Positions 8,773-16,963 of a DNA stretch of 27,636 bases are shown here, piece by piece. A program made the translations under genes and the position numbers. The stretch lies in the IMG/VR virus record IMGVR_UViG_3300025018_000468, positions 1-27,636 of that record; one strand, written 5' to 3'. Source of the stretch: a virus (Duplodnaviria > Caudoviricetes). A model generated the notes under the pieces. The model saw nothing but the letters and a program-made list of their open reading frames with translations, was not told where the DNA came from and did no database searches. Position 1 is the stretch's first letter; each line of letters opens with the position of its first letter.

Positions 8773-10712
8773 TGGCGCGCACGAATAGCCGGAACCAGGG
8801 CGGGCCAGTCCAGCGTATCGCGCGCGCCCTTCGACAGGGCTCAGGACAGGCCATGCGGTCGTTCGGCGAGATGGTGACCCGGCTGTCCAACGCGGTGTTG
8901 ACCCAAGAGGTCGGCATCCCCGGCGGGACGGTGGAGAACGGCGTCTCGGTGCCGAGCTACAACGCGGAGCTGGCCGGGCGGGCGTGGTTCGAAAAGGTTG
9001 ACGAAATGCTCCTGGCGAGCAGCCAGGCGGCCGTCATCGAGCTATGCGTGACGCTGCCGATCCTCTCGGCCGAGACGACGCTGAAGGGCGGTGACGCGAA
9101 GCTGCGCGGGCAGGTCGAGACCAGCCTGTTCGGCACGAAAGGCATGTCCACGACCTGGCGCGAGACACTCTACAACGCGTGCGGGTCGGCGCTCTACGGC
9201 CAGGCCCCGTTCGAGATCGTTTGGAAAGAGACGGACGAAGGTCTGCTGGTCCGGCGCCTGGCGGACCGCGATCCGGCGAGCATCGAAGAGTACCTCCCGG
9301 CGCCCGACGGCGGGCTGGAGGCCGTGCTGCAGAAGGGTCTCGACCCGGAGACAGGCGACGAGATCGAGATTCTGATCCCGATCGAGAAAATGTTGCTGTT
9401 CCCGTACCGCCTGCGCCGGCGGCAGTACCACGGCCGGAGCATTCTGCGGCCGGCGTATCGGAACTACGAGAGCATCAACATGCTCTGCGGGTTCGCCGAC
9501 ATCGGGCTCGACCACAGCATGGTCGGCGTGCCGATCGGTAAGGCGCCGAAGGACGCCAAGCTGAAGGACCTGGAGGGGTTCCGCTCCCTGTTGTCGGCGA
9601 TCCGCCGTCACGAGGCGTCCGGGCTGGTGATGCCCTACGGCTGGGACCTGGTCAACGGCGTGAAGCTCGGTGGCGACGACCAGATCGGGTTTTTGGACTA
9701 CATCCAGTGGCACGAGGGGTGTTTTCTGCGGGCCGGCCTGTCGAGCTTCATGCAGCTCGGCTCGACCCGCACCGGCACCACGGAGCTGGGTGGCGACCTG
9801 ATGGACTTCTCGATCATGGCCTGGTCCGCCCTGGCGGACATGATCGCCGGGGTCTTCAACCGCCACCTGATCCGGCGGCACTGCGACTACAACGCGGGCC
9901 GCGAGCTGGACGAGAAGGCGTACCCCGAGCTGGAGTTCCAGCCGATCCGCGACGTCTTCGGCTCGCATCAGAACCAGGAGCAGGCCGGCCGGTTCATCGG
10001 CGCGGTGGCCGACGGCAAGGAGCTGTTGCCCGAGGACCCGGAGGAGCGCCAGCAGGCGATGCGCGAGGGCTTGCGGCTGCCGGATGGGGATAGCCGGCGG
10101 GAAGGGGCGCCGATGCCAGGGAACAGGAACGGCAACGACCGCCACAGCTTCGCCGAGGCCGACGTGCAGACCGCCGTGTCACGGGTGAAGGCGGACGGAG
10201 CGGCCGCGCGGGATGAGTGGCAGGCAGAGATGACGCCGCGTCTCGAGGCGCTGCTCAGCAATCTGTTGCGCCAGGTCGACCTCGCCCAGACCTCACCCCC
10301 CGGCCCCCTCTCCGCAGGCGGAGAGGGGGAGTCGATCGATGCGCGGCTGGCCGAGATCGCGCCGAACCGGGCGCTGGTCGATGACCTCGCGACGGGCATC
10401 GCCAGGTTCGTCGCCGGCGTGCGGGTGCAGGCGGCGCTGCGGTATGCCGAGGAGACAGGGGCGCAGCAAGCAGCGCCCCTACAGGACCCGGCGCCGGCGG
10501 CCGCCGAGGTCGCAAAGGGCCGAAATGTCGCGGCTCACCTGGCTGAGAGCACCCGGTTCGCGGTGGTCGGCGCCGCGCTGCGGGGCGAGCCGCTGGGGCA
10601 GCTCGCGTCGGCGTTCGCGAAAGCGGTGGACGTGCGGCTGCGGAACGATCTGCGGGCTGAGGCGAAGACGGCAGTGGACGGGGTCAATGGGGCGCCCAGG
10701 GCCGAGCCGTGA
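8772..10712 (+). CDS. Portal protein (Mu gp29/DUF935-like) with long C-terminal extension
   Basis: YGQAPFEIVW, GRSILRPAY, GVPIGK, FNRHLIR and YPELEF motifs; follows terL with a TGATG overlap. Confidence 0.88.
   Translation: MARTNSRNQGGPVQRIARALRQGSGQAMRSFGEMVTRLSNAVLTQEVGIPGGTVENGVSVPSYNAELAGRAWFEKVDEMLLASSQAAVIELCVTLPILSAETTLKGGDAKLRGQVETSLFGTKGMSTTWRETLYNACGSALYGQAPFEIVWKETDEGLLVRRLADRDPASIEEYLPAPDGGLEAVLQKGLDPETGDEIEILIPIEKMLLFPYRLRRRQYHGRSILRPAYRNYESINMLCGFADIGLDHSMVGVPIGKAPKDAKLKDLEGFRSLLSAIRRHEASGLVMPYGWDLVNGVKLGGDDQIGFLDYIQWHEGCFLRAGLSSFMQLGSTRTGTTELGGDLMDFSIMAWSALADMIAGVFNRHLIRRHCDYNAGRELDEKAYPELEFQPIRDVFGSHQNQEQAGRFIGAVADGKELLPEDPEERQQAMREGLRLPDGDSRREGAPMPGNRNGNDRHSFAEADVQTAVSRVKADGAAARDEWQAEMTPRLEALLSNLLRQVDLAQTSPPGPLSAGGEGESIDARLAEIAPNRALVDDLATGIARFVAGVRVQAALRYAEETGAQQAAPLQDPAPAAAEVAKGRNVAAHLAESTRFAVVGAALRGEPLGQLASAFAKAVDVRLRNDLRAEAKTAVDGVNGAPRAEP
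8826..8852 (+). repeat. Micro-insert family A, copy 2 (24 nt, in-frame in portal)
   Basis: gcc-cttcgacagggctcaggacag-gcc, encodes LRQGSGQA. Confidence 0.85.
10288..10331 (+). repeat. Family D hairpin, in-frame in the portal extension
   Basis: agacctcaccccccggccccctctccgcaggcggagagggggag, encodes TSPPGPLSAGGEGE. Confidence 0.85.
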
Positions 10713-10776
10713 ACGGCCGGCTGGGAAGAGCTAAGGCCGCCCGTTCGACAAGCTCAGGACAGGCCTGCGCGGCCTG
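10701..10776 (+). repeat. Family B copy 2, interrupted by family A copy 3 (10739-10765)
   Basis: Aligns with 3901-3952 once 24 nt are removed; supplies the portal TGA. Confidence 0.85.
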
Positions 10777-10960
10777 GCGCAACCGGAGCGCAAACCGTGT
10801 CACTGGCGACGACGACCCTGAGAAGGTTGAGGCCCCGCCGGCGGTGATCGAGGGCGACGTGACCATCTCCGTCACGACGATCCGGCGGTGGCTGCGTGGT
10901 GAACGGGCGCGGCTCTTCGGGCTGCAGTTCTCGATCGACGTGAACGGAGACGACGCATGA
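10709..10960 (+). CDS. Hypothetical protein; start uncertain, N-terminus repeat-derived
   Basis: GTGA and ATGA overlaps with both neighbours; the C-terminal half has normal codon usage. Confidence 0.45.
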   Translation: MNGRLGRAKAARSTSSGQACAAWRNRSANRVTGDDDPEKVEAPPAVIEGDVTISVTTIRRWLRGERARLFGLQFSIDVNGDDA

Positions 10961-11253
10961 CGCGATCTGAATGGCTGAGGCGCAAGCGCGCCGAGTTCCA
11001 GCCGGTGCTGAGGCCGATCCGGCCGCACGTCCCGATCGAGCCCGGTCCCGAGCACGCGAATTGCCCCTGTACGATCATCCCGATCGACGACGGCATCCCG
11101 ATCGATGATGGCTTCGCCACGGTCACCGCGATCGTCAACGACGTGCTCATCGAGCGGGAACTCCGCGAGATCGCCGTCGCCGCGGCCGTCTACGACGCCT
11201 TCGGCGTGCCGCCCGAGCTGCGCCCTTCGACAGGCTCAGGACAGGGTTGCTGA
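10957..11253 (+). CDS. Small protein with MuF-like HxNCxC motif
   Basis: GGAG RBS; PEHANCPCTIIP; 18-bp tandem duplication IPIDDG x2; ends in family A copy 4 (11222-11246). Confidence 0.6.
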   Translation: MTRSEWLRRKRAEFQPVLRPIRPHVPIEPGPEHANCPCTIIPIDDGIPIDDGFATVTAIVNDVLIERELREIAVAAAVYDAFGVPPELRPSTGSGQGC

Positions 11254-12407
11254 TGTTCGCCGAAGACCTGGAGCTGGCGCTGCGGATGGCCGGGCAGGTG
11301 CTGGTCACCGAGACGCAGCAGGAGACCCGCCTGGCGGTGGCCAGCGGCTCCGGCACCGAGCGCGTCGCGTTCAGCGCCGTGGGCGACACCTGCCCGCTCT
11401 GCCTCGCGCTGGACGGCAAAGTCTTTCGGGCGGACAGCGACGACGCGAGGCGGTTCACCCCGCCGCTGCACATCAACTGCGACTGCATCTGGACCGGGGT
11501 CGGCGACGACGAGGTCGGCGCGGTGGACTGGTTCACGCCGGCGGACGCCCAGTCGGAGGAGATGCGCGACCTGATCGAGAGCCACGGTCACTTCGTCACC
11601 AATCCCGATAAGTACACCGCGCTGAAGGTCCCCTCCGGCCCGACGGGCAGGGACTTCACCTTCCGGCGCGGCAAGGCGGGCGAGCCGGGGACGGTGGAAT
11701 GGCGCCGGCCGCGGTACGAGCTGGACGGGCTGGACAGCAGCGTGAAGCAGTCCGGGGTGACGACGACGGGTCCGAAGTTCGAGACCCTGAAGCTGAAGAC
11801 GCTGAAGAAGGCCGAGACGATCTCCGAGATGGAGGCCTGGGCGGTGCAGCGGTTCCCGCATATGACGTTCGACCTGGCCAAAGGCGAGTTGGAGAGCGTG
11901 CGGGCCGGGCTGGCCAAGCTGGACGAGCTGGGCCGGCTCTACCGCGACGTCGAGGCCTCGATCCCGCGGCTGCAGGTGCTCAGCTACGAGGAGTTCGGCG
12001 CGACCCGCAACCCGCTCGGCTTCGGCGCGCTGAACGAGCAGACGCGCGTCATGAGCCTGAACGGCGGTTGGTGGAAGGACCCCGACTGGCTCCGGCAGGC
12101 GTGGGCGCGGGACGTCACAGCCGGCCGCTACCCAGCCGACCCGCACGAGGCGGTGATCGCGCACGAGTTCGGTGAGGCTTACCGGCTCTGGCTGCAGCAG
12201 AAGCGGCCGAATCTCTGGGCGGACGTGTCGCAGCACATCACCGAGCAGCATCCTGCGCAGGGCATCGGCGGCTACGCAGCGACGTCGCCGACCGAGGGCT
12301 TTGCCGAGGGCTTCACCGTGATGCACACCATGCCGCGGGACACCTGGGCGCCGTATGTCAACGGGCTGCGGGAAAAGCTGCGGTACGAGGTGAGAAAGCC
12401 ATTCTGA
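11253..12407 (+). CDS. MuF-like minor head protein with C-terminal zincin-like domain
   Basis: TCPLCLALDGK...PPLHINCDC (MuF motif); VIAHEFGE...YAATSPTEGFAEGF; TGATG overlap gives ATG 11253. Confidence 0.8.
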   Translation: MFAEDLELALRMAGQVLVTETQQETRLAVASGSGTERVAFSAVGDTCPLCLALDGKVFRADSDDARRFTPPLHINCDCIWTGVGDDEVGAVDWFTPADAQSEEMRDLIESHGHFVTNPDKYTALKVPSGPTGRDFTFRRGKAGEPGTVEWRRPRYELDGLDSSVKQSGVTTTGPKFETLKLKTLKKAETISEMEAWAVQRFPHMTFDLAKGELESVRAGLAKLDELGRLYRDVEASIPRLQVLSYEEFGATRNPLGFGALNEQTRVMSLNGGWWKDPDWLRQAWARDVTAGRYPADPHEAVIAHEFGEAYRLWLQQKRPNLWADVSQHITEQHPAQGIGGYAATSPTEGFAEGFTVMHTMPRDTWAPYVNGLREKLRYEVRKPF

Positions 12408-12446
12408 GGGAACTCTACGCTCCGCGCCTTCGTTCGGTAGGGTGAA

Positions 12447-12686
12447 ATGATCGGTCCATCGCCAATCTGCTTCCGTTGCCGCCACTACGCCGGGCAGGAC
12501 AGGGTCTGCGCGGCGTTTCCCGCCGGCATTCCCGACGCGATCTGGAAGAGCCTCGACGACCATCAGGCGCCCGTCGCCGGCGACGGCGGCTTGCGGTTCG
12601 AGCCTTTGCCGGACGCCGACCCGGCCGCGATCGAGGCCGAGCTGAAGTTCCGTGACGCGATGCGGGAGCGGATGGGCAGCGCATGA
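12447..12686 (+). CDS. Small Cys/His-rich protein; candidate MuF partner or immunity protein
   Basis: CFRCRH...CAAFPAGIPDAIW....H, directly downstream of MuF. Confidence 0.65.
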   Translation: MIGPSPICFRCRHYAGQDRVCAAFPAGIPDAIWKSLDDHQAPVAGDGGLRFEPLPDADPAAIEAELKFRDAMRERMGSA

Positions 12687-13189
12687 ACACGTCCGGCACG
12701 TTCCACATGAGCTTCGACATCGACGGCGACCGGGAGCTGTCGCGGAAGATCCACGGCATGCTCGGCTCGGTGACCGACTGGACGCCGGTCTGGAAGACGA
12801 TCGCCGCCGACTGGTCGGCCACGATGGCGAAGAGGTTCGACAGCGAAGGCGCCCACGAGGCCGGCACCGACGAGGAAGGTAACGCGATCCCGGCCTGGCT
12901 GCCGCTGAAGAAGGGGTACGCGGCCTGGAAAGAGAAGCACTTTCCCGGCACGAAGATCCTGCAGCGCAGCGGCGATCTCCGCGCGGCCGCGACGGGTCCG
13001 GCGACGGTGATCACGCCGACCAGCCTGAGCCTGACCGTCGAGAGCCCCTACGCGCTGTTCCACCAATCGACGCGGCCGCGGAAGCGGCTGCCACGGCGGG
13101 CGTTCGCGAGCCTGACGGTGAAGCAGAAGAGCCGGTGGGTGAAGGCGTTCCGGGACCGGATCAAGGCGGCGGCGGAGGGCAAGGCTTGA
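12683..13189 (+). CDS. Virion morphogenesis protein (Mu gpG-like)
   Basis: WLPLK, ILQRSGDLR, YALFHQ and LPRRAF motifs; lies between F and I as in Mu. Confidence 0.85.
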   Translation: MNTSGTFHMSFDIDGDRELSRKIHGMLGSVTDWTPVWKTIAADWSATMAKRFDSEGAHEAGTDEEGNAIPAWLPLKKGYAAWKEKHFPGTKILQRSGDLRAAATGPATVITPTSLSLTVESPYALFHQSTRPRKRLPRRAFASLTVKQKSRWVKAFRDRIKAAAEGKA

Positions 13190-13205
13190 AGCTGTGGCGG
13201 GGAGG

Positions 13206-13253
13206 AGGGCGCCCACAAGGGGCGCCCGTACGGGCCGGCCTTGTGCCTGCCCC
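13206..13253. repeat. Two adjacent family C half-REPs
   Basis: agggcgcccacaaggggcgcccgtac followed by gggccggccttgtgcctgcccc. Confidence 0.75.
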
Positions 13254-13264
13254 GTAGCACCCCC

Positions 13265-13294
13265 TTGACACCCCAAGATCCCCGGTGCTAGACT
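13265..13294 (+). promoter_or_regulatory. Sigma70-type promoter of the head/tail operon
   Basis: TTGACA-18 bp-TAGACT with extended -10 TG at 13286-13287. Confidence 0.75.
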
Positions 13295-13311
13295 GACCCG
13301 TGGTTTGCTGA

Positions 13312-13364
13312 GCTGCGCGAAGGGCGCGGCGGTACCGTATGGTGCTGCCGCGCCCTTCGGCGTT
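13312..13364 (+). promoter_or_regulatory. Conserved leader hairpin, copy 2
   Basis: Same 19-bp stem (13318-13359), loop GUAU. Confidence 0.8.
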
Positions 13365-13383
13365 GGGGCACCAGGGGACTCAT

Positions 13384-14589
13384 GTGGTGGTGCCCGACAC
13401 AGCTCAGATCGCCGTCCAGGCCGCGCAGCCCAGCGCCGGCCGGTTCCGGCAGTTGGTCGTGCCGATCCACCACGAGAACCACCCGGTCTACGGCCCGGTC
13501 GACATCGACCAAGCCGACATCGCCGAATACGCCGCCAACTTCCGGGCCGGCGTGAAGACCTACCACGGGGCCGCGCCGGTCGAGATCGACCACGATGAGA
13601 GCCGCGGCGCCGGCGGGTGGGTCTACCGCGTCTTTGAAGAGCCGGACGGGCTATGGGCCGAAGGCGAGTACACGCCGACCGGCGTCGGCGCGATCGTCGA
13701 GCAGACGTTCCCGTTCATCTCGCCGAACCTCTGGCCGACCTGGACCGACCCGGTCACCGGCCTGACCCACCGCAACGTTTTCGACGGCTTCTCGCTGGTC
13801 ATGCGCCCGGAGTTCCGGAGCCTGCCGCCGGCGACCGTGCAGCACTATCGCGAAGACCCGCACCCGACGGTGATCGTCGTCGGGCACAACCCCACCCCCG
13901 GCCCCTCCCCGCAGGCGGAGAGGGGAGAGGAGAGCGACATCATGGCTGACGAGACGGTCGAGGCGACCATCCCCGCGGAAGCGGTCGAGGAAGGCGCCGT
14001 AGGGGCCGGCCTTGTGCCTGCCCCCGAAGAGGCCGCCCCAGGGCAGGGACAAGCCCAGCCCGTACAGGCCGAGGGCGATCCCGCCGACGGCGACGAGACC
14101 GAGGAGCAGGTCGTCGAGGTCCTGGTTCCGCGCGAGAAGCTGGAGTTCGGCGAGGCGGGCCCGCAGCAGTTCGCCGAGCGGGAGGCGGCGCTGGCGGAGC
14201 GCGAGACGGCGCTGGCGCAGGAGCGGCAGGAGTTCGCCGAGCAGCGCCGGGCCCAGACCCGGCTCCAGTTCAGCGAGCGCGTCGCCGGGCTGAAGTTCGG
14301 CGAGCATCGGTTGGCACCGGCCGGGCGCGAGGCGCTTGCCGACTTGGCTGCGGACATCCACGACGTTGACCCCGCCCTGGCGCAGCGGTTCGGTGAGGCG
14401 CTGAGCGGGCTGCACGCGTACCTCGAAGGCGAGGTTGGGCTGGACCGGCTGAAGCCGAAGCCGGCGGCCGCGGACCCCGAGATGCAGAAGTTCGCCGAGA
14501 CGCACGGGATCGATGACGAGACCATGCAGCAGGCGATGGGACCGAGCCAGCAAGCTGGCTCCAGGGAGAGCACGACATGGCGGCGCTGA
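13384..14589 (+). CDS. Prohead protease/scaffold (Mu gpI/Z-like)
   Basis: EIDHD...AGGWV...GLWA..EYT..G......FPFISP...SLV.RP motifs. ATG 13339 lies inside the leader hairpin, so a GTG at 13384-13390 after AGGGGA is more likely. Confidence 0.85.
   Translation: MVVPDTAQIAVQAAQPSAGRFRQLVVPIHHENHPVYGPVDIDQADIAEYAANFRAGVKTYHGAAPVEIDHDESRGAGGWVYRVFEEPDGLWAEGEYTPTGVGAIVEQTFPFISPNLWPTWTDPVTGLTHRNVFDGFSLVMRPEFRSLPPATVQHYREDPHPTVIVVGHNPTPGPSPQAERGEESDIMADETVEATIPAEAVEEGAVGAGLVPAPEEAAPGQGQAQPVQAEGDPADGDETEEQVVEVLVPREKLEFGEAGPQQFAEREAALAERETALAQERQEFAEQRRAQTRLQFSERVAGLKFGEHRLAPAGREALADLAADIHDVDPALAQRFGEALSGLHAYLEGEVGLDRLKPKPAAADPEMQKFAETHGIDDETMQQAMGPSQQAGSRESTTWRR
13942..14589 (+). CDS. Putative internally initiated scaffold protein (Mu gpZ-like)
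   Basis: In-frame ATG 13942 preceded by GAGGAG; acidic/coiled-coil sequence follows. Confidence 0.6.
   Translation: MADETVEATIPAEAVEEGAVGAGLVPAPEEAAPGQGQAQPVQAEGDPADGDETEEQVVEVLVPREKLEFGEAGPQQFAEREAALAERETALAQERQEFAEQRRAQTRLQFSERVAGLKFGEHRLAPAGREALADLAADIHDVDPALAQRFGEALSGLHAYLEGEVGLDRLKPKPAAADPEMQKFAETHGIDDETMQQAMGPSQQAGSRESTTWRR
13999..14065. repeat. Family C inverted doublet (REPIN-like), in-frame in scaffold
   Basis: gtaggggccggccttgtgcctgccc ... gggcagggacaagcccagcccgtac, encodes VGAGLVPAP...GQGQAQPV. Confidence 0.8.
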
Positions 14590-15398
14590 CCGAGAACGCA
14601 CTGATCGAGTACCGCAAGACCGGGCGGGTGGCGATCCCGGTCAAGGGCGGGGTGGAGATCTTCAAGGGCGCCCACGTCAACGTCCGGGCGGGTTACGCCG
14701 TCCCGGCCGCGGACACCGCGGGCGACGAGTATGCCGGGTTCGCCGAGGAACCGGCGGACAACACCGACGGCAGCGACGGCGACATGACCGTCCTGGTGAA
14801 CACCACGGACGAGCTGCTCTGCACCGGCGTGGGCTTCGCCCAGACCGATGTCGGTCAGGACGTCTTTATCGAGGACGACGCGACGGTGGCGCTGGCCGCC
14901 GGCGTGACGAACCTGGTCAAGGTCGGACAGATCACCGAGTTCAAGTCGACCACGGAGGTGTGGGTCGATCAGCGGCGGGCGCGGCTGTTCGTGGTGGCGC
15001 AGGAAGTGGCCGATCCGGCCGCGGCCACGAGCACCAACAACACGGCCGCAACGGCGGTCCCCGGTGCCCTGACCAGCACCGACGGCACGGCGGCGGCGGC
15101 TGTTCCGGGCGCCCTGACCAGCACCGACGGCACGGCGGCGGCGGCGGCCGCGGACCTGGCCGCGTTGGCCGCCGAAGCCGAGAAGATCGGCGACGACGTG
15201 CGGGACGTTCACGCCGCGATGCTGTTGGCCCAGGCCGAGACCGAGAAGATCGGCGACGACGTGCGGGCCATCCACGCGGCCGACCTGCTGGCCCAGGCCG
15301 AGGCCGAGAAGATCGGCGACGACGTGCGGGCGCTGCGGACCACGCTGGCGGCCGTCGTGACGGCGCTGAAGGCCCAGGGCGTGTTGATCGACCCGTGA
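14577..15398 (+). CDS. Capsid decoration/cement protein with repeat-expanded fibre-like C-terminus
   Basis: Position between scaffold and capsid; IFKGA..V..GYAVPA and DVGQDVFIEDDATV motifs; 2x45-bp and 3x63-bp repeats. Confidence 0.7.
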   Translation: MAALTENALIEYRKTGRVAIPVKGGVEIFKGAHVNVRAGYAVPAADTAGDEYAGFAEEPADNTDGSDGDMTVLVNTTDELLCTGVGFAQTDVGQDVFIEDDATVALAAGVTNLVKVGQITEFKSTTEVWVDQRRARLFVVAQEVADPAAATSTNNTAATAVPGALTSTDGTAAAAVPGALTSTDGTAAAAAADLAALAAEAEKIGDDVRDVHAAMLLAQAETEKIGDDVRAIHAADLLAQAEAEKIGDDVRALRTTLAAVVTALKAQGVLIDP

Positions 15399-15408
15399 TA
15401 AGGCGCCC

Positions 15409-15508
15409 GTAGGGGCGGGGCTCGTCCCCGCCCCGGGGCGACCACGGCGGCGGGACCGGGGCAGGCCCTTCGACGGGGCTCAGGACAGGCTCCAGGCCAG
15501 CCCGTACG
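15409..15508. repeat. Family C inverted doublet; right arm interrupted by family A copy 5 (15462-15490)
   Basis: gtaggggcggggctcgtccccgcccc ... ggggcaggc[24 nt]tccaggccagcccgtac. Confidence 0.8.
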
Positions 15509-15527
15509 ACGATGTGAGGAGCATGCG

Positions 15528-16415
15528 ATGGCGAGCGAGCGCGAGGCCGCGGTAGCGTTCCAGAAGCTGAACAGCTACTTCGGCCAGATCTACAAGGCGC
15601 AGCCGGACCCGATCTGGCTGCAGCTCGGGAAGAAGATCCCGTCGGACGATCTGACGGAGAACTTTGCCTGGCCGGGCGGCACGCCCCGGATGAAGCGGCA
15701 GAAGGGTGAGGATGTCCGCAGCGACATCAGCCTCTACACCCACAGCCTGAGCAACGAGAAGTTCTACATGTCGCTGCCGATCGCCGAGATCTTCCTGATC
15801 ACCGGCAAGGTCGGGACGCTGTTGCCGAGCGTCGGGGAGATGGCGGTGGCGGCGGCGGCCTGGGCGGCGGACAACCTGCGGGACGTGGTCAGCAACTACG
15901 GCAGCTATACCGGCTACGACGGCAAGCCGCTGTTCAGCGCGACCCACAAGGACGGGAAGCAGAGCCAGAGCAACATCATCTCCGGCGCGGGCACCTCGGC
16001 GGCCAACATTGCCACCGACCTGGCGAAGGTGCAGGCGACGAAGGCCGTGTTCACCGACGACCGCGGCAACGCAATCGGCAGCCCGGCGATCGACACGGTG
16101 GTGATCCCGCCGAACCCGACGCTGATCAACAGCTTCCGGGTGGTCACCCGGGGCAATCAGGCCGAGGGCGACGCCGACTGGTCCGGCGAGATCAAGACCG
16201 TGATCATCAACCCCGACTGGGCCGATAGCGCGGTGGACTGGGCCGCGTTCGAGACCGGCGGCGAGCTGCAGGCGCTGCTCTGGACGGAGCTGCTGGGCGC
16301 GACCACCAGTTTCGAGGATCATCCCGAGCGGAGCGGCGACAAGCTGCTCGAGGTCAAGGCGTTCGGGCAGTTCGGCCCGGGCAACTGGCGGCGCGCCGCG
16401 CTGGTGGACAACTAG
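15528..16415 (+). CDS. Major capsid protein (Mu gpT-like)
   Basis: GYDGKPLFSATH hallmark, W.G.TPRMK, GNWRRA; GAGGAG RBS. Confidence 0.9.
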   Translation: MASEREAAVAFQKLNSYFGQIYKAQPDPIWLQLGKKIPSDDLTENFAWPGGTPRMKRQKGEDVRSDISLYTHSLSNEKFYMSLPIAEIFLITGKVGTLLPSVGEMAVAAAAWAADNLRDVVSNYGSYTGYDGKPLFSATHKDGKQSQSNIISGAGTSAANIATDLAKVQATKAVFTDDRGNAIGSPAIDTVVIPPNPTLINSFRVVTRGNQAEGDADWSGEIKTVIINPDWADSAVDWAAFETGGELQALLWTELLGATTSFEDHPERSGDKLLEVKAFGQFGPGNWRRAALVDN

Positions 16416-16419
16416 TCAC

Positions 16420-16499
16420 GGGTTGCGGGTTAGTGGCTGCGGGTTGCGAACGGCAACGGCCCGCCGCGTCCGCAACCCGCAACCCGCAACCTGCAACCG
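16420..16499. repeat. Family E heptamer hairpin, copy 2
   Basis: gggttgc arrays facing cgcaacc arrays, right after the capsid stop. Confidence 0.85.
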
Positions 16500-16516
16500 G
16501 GTGAGGCGGAGAGACG

Positions 16517-16945
16517 ATGTACGCGACCGTCGCCGAGATCCAGCAGTCGTTTCCCTCCGCGCAGTGGGACCCGACGCGGCACGAGCCGCTGACGGCCACG
16601 GTGGAGAGCTGGCTCGGCGACTGGTCGGCGGCGCTGGACGGGCAGCTCGCGGGCGTGGTGCTGACGCCGGTCAACGAGACGAAGAGCCCGGACCTGTACG
16701 CGTTGTGCGGGCAGATCACCCGACTGCGGGTGCGGGCCGACGTCTACGACGTGCGGTACCCGCCGGGCAAGGACGAGCAGGCCAACACGCGGCAGAGCCA
16801 GGTCTGGCGCAAGCAGGCCGACGCGCTGGTCGCCGGGATCCTGGCCGGCGGGATCGGCGACGGGATCGCGGCCGGGGCGACGACCGCGGCGCCGGTGGGG
16901 CACTTCGGCGACGTGACCGGTAAGGTGCGGGACAAGCAGTGGTGA
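16517..16945 (+). CDS. Head-tail adaptor (Mu gp36-like)
   Basis: MYATVAEI start, LDGQLAG..LTP; follows the capsid gene. Confidence 0.7.
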   Translation: MYATVAEIQQSFPSAQWDPTRHEPLTATVESWLGDWSAALDGQLAGVVLTPVNETKSPDLYALCGQITRLRVRADVYDVRYPPGKDEQANTRQSQVWRKQADALVAGILAGGIGDGIAAGATTAAPVGHFGDVTGKVRDKQW

Positions 16946-16963
16946 CGATGTGGCGAGGCGTGG

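Noticed and set aside
13339-13383. ORF-track starts at 13339, 4887, 5259, 18960 and 17529
   Set aside because: They run through leader hairpins, repeats or upstream genes; downstream starts are better supported by RBS or domain boundaries.
15180-15330. Three 25-nt direct repeats at 63-bp spacing resembling a mini CRISPR array
   Set aside because: In-frame protein repeat; the intervening sequences are similar to each other; no cas genes.
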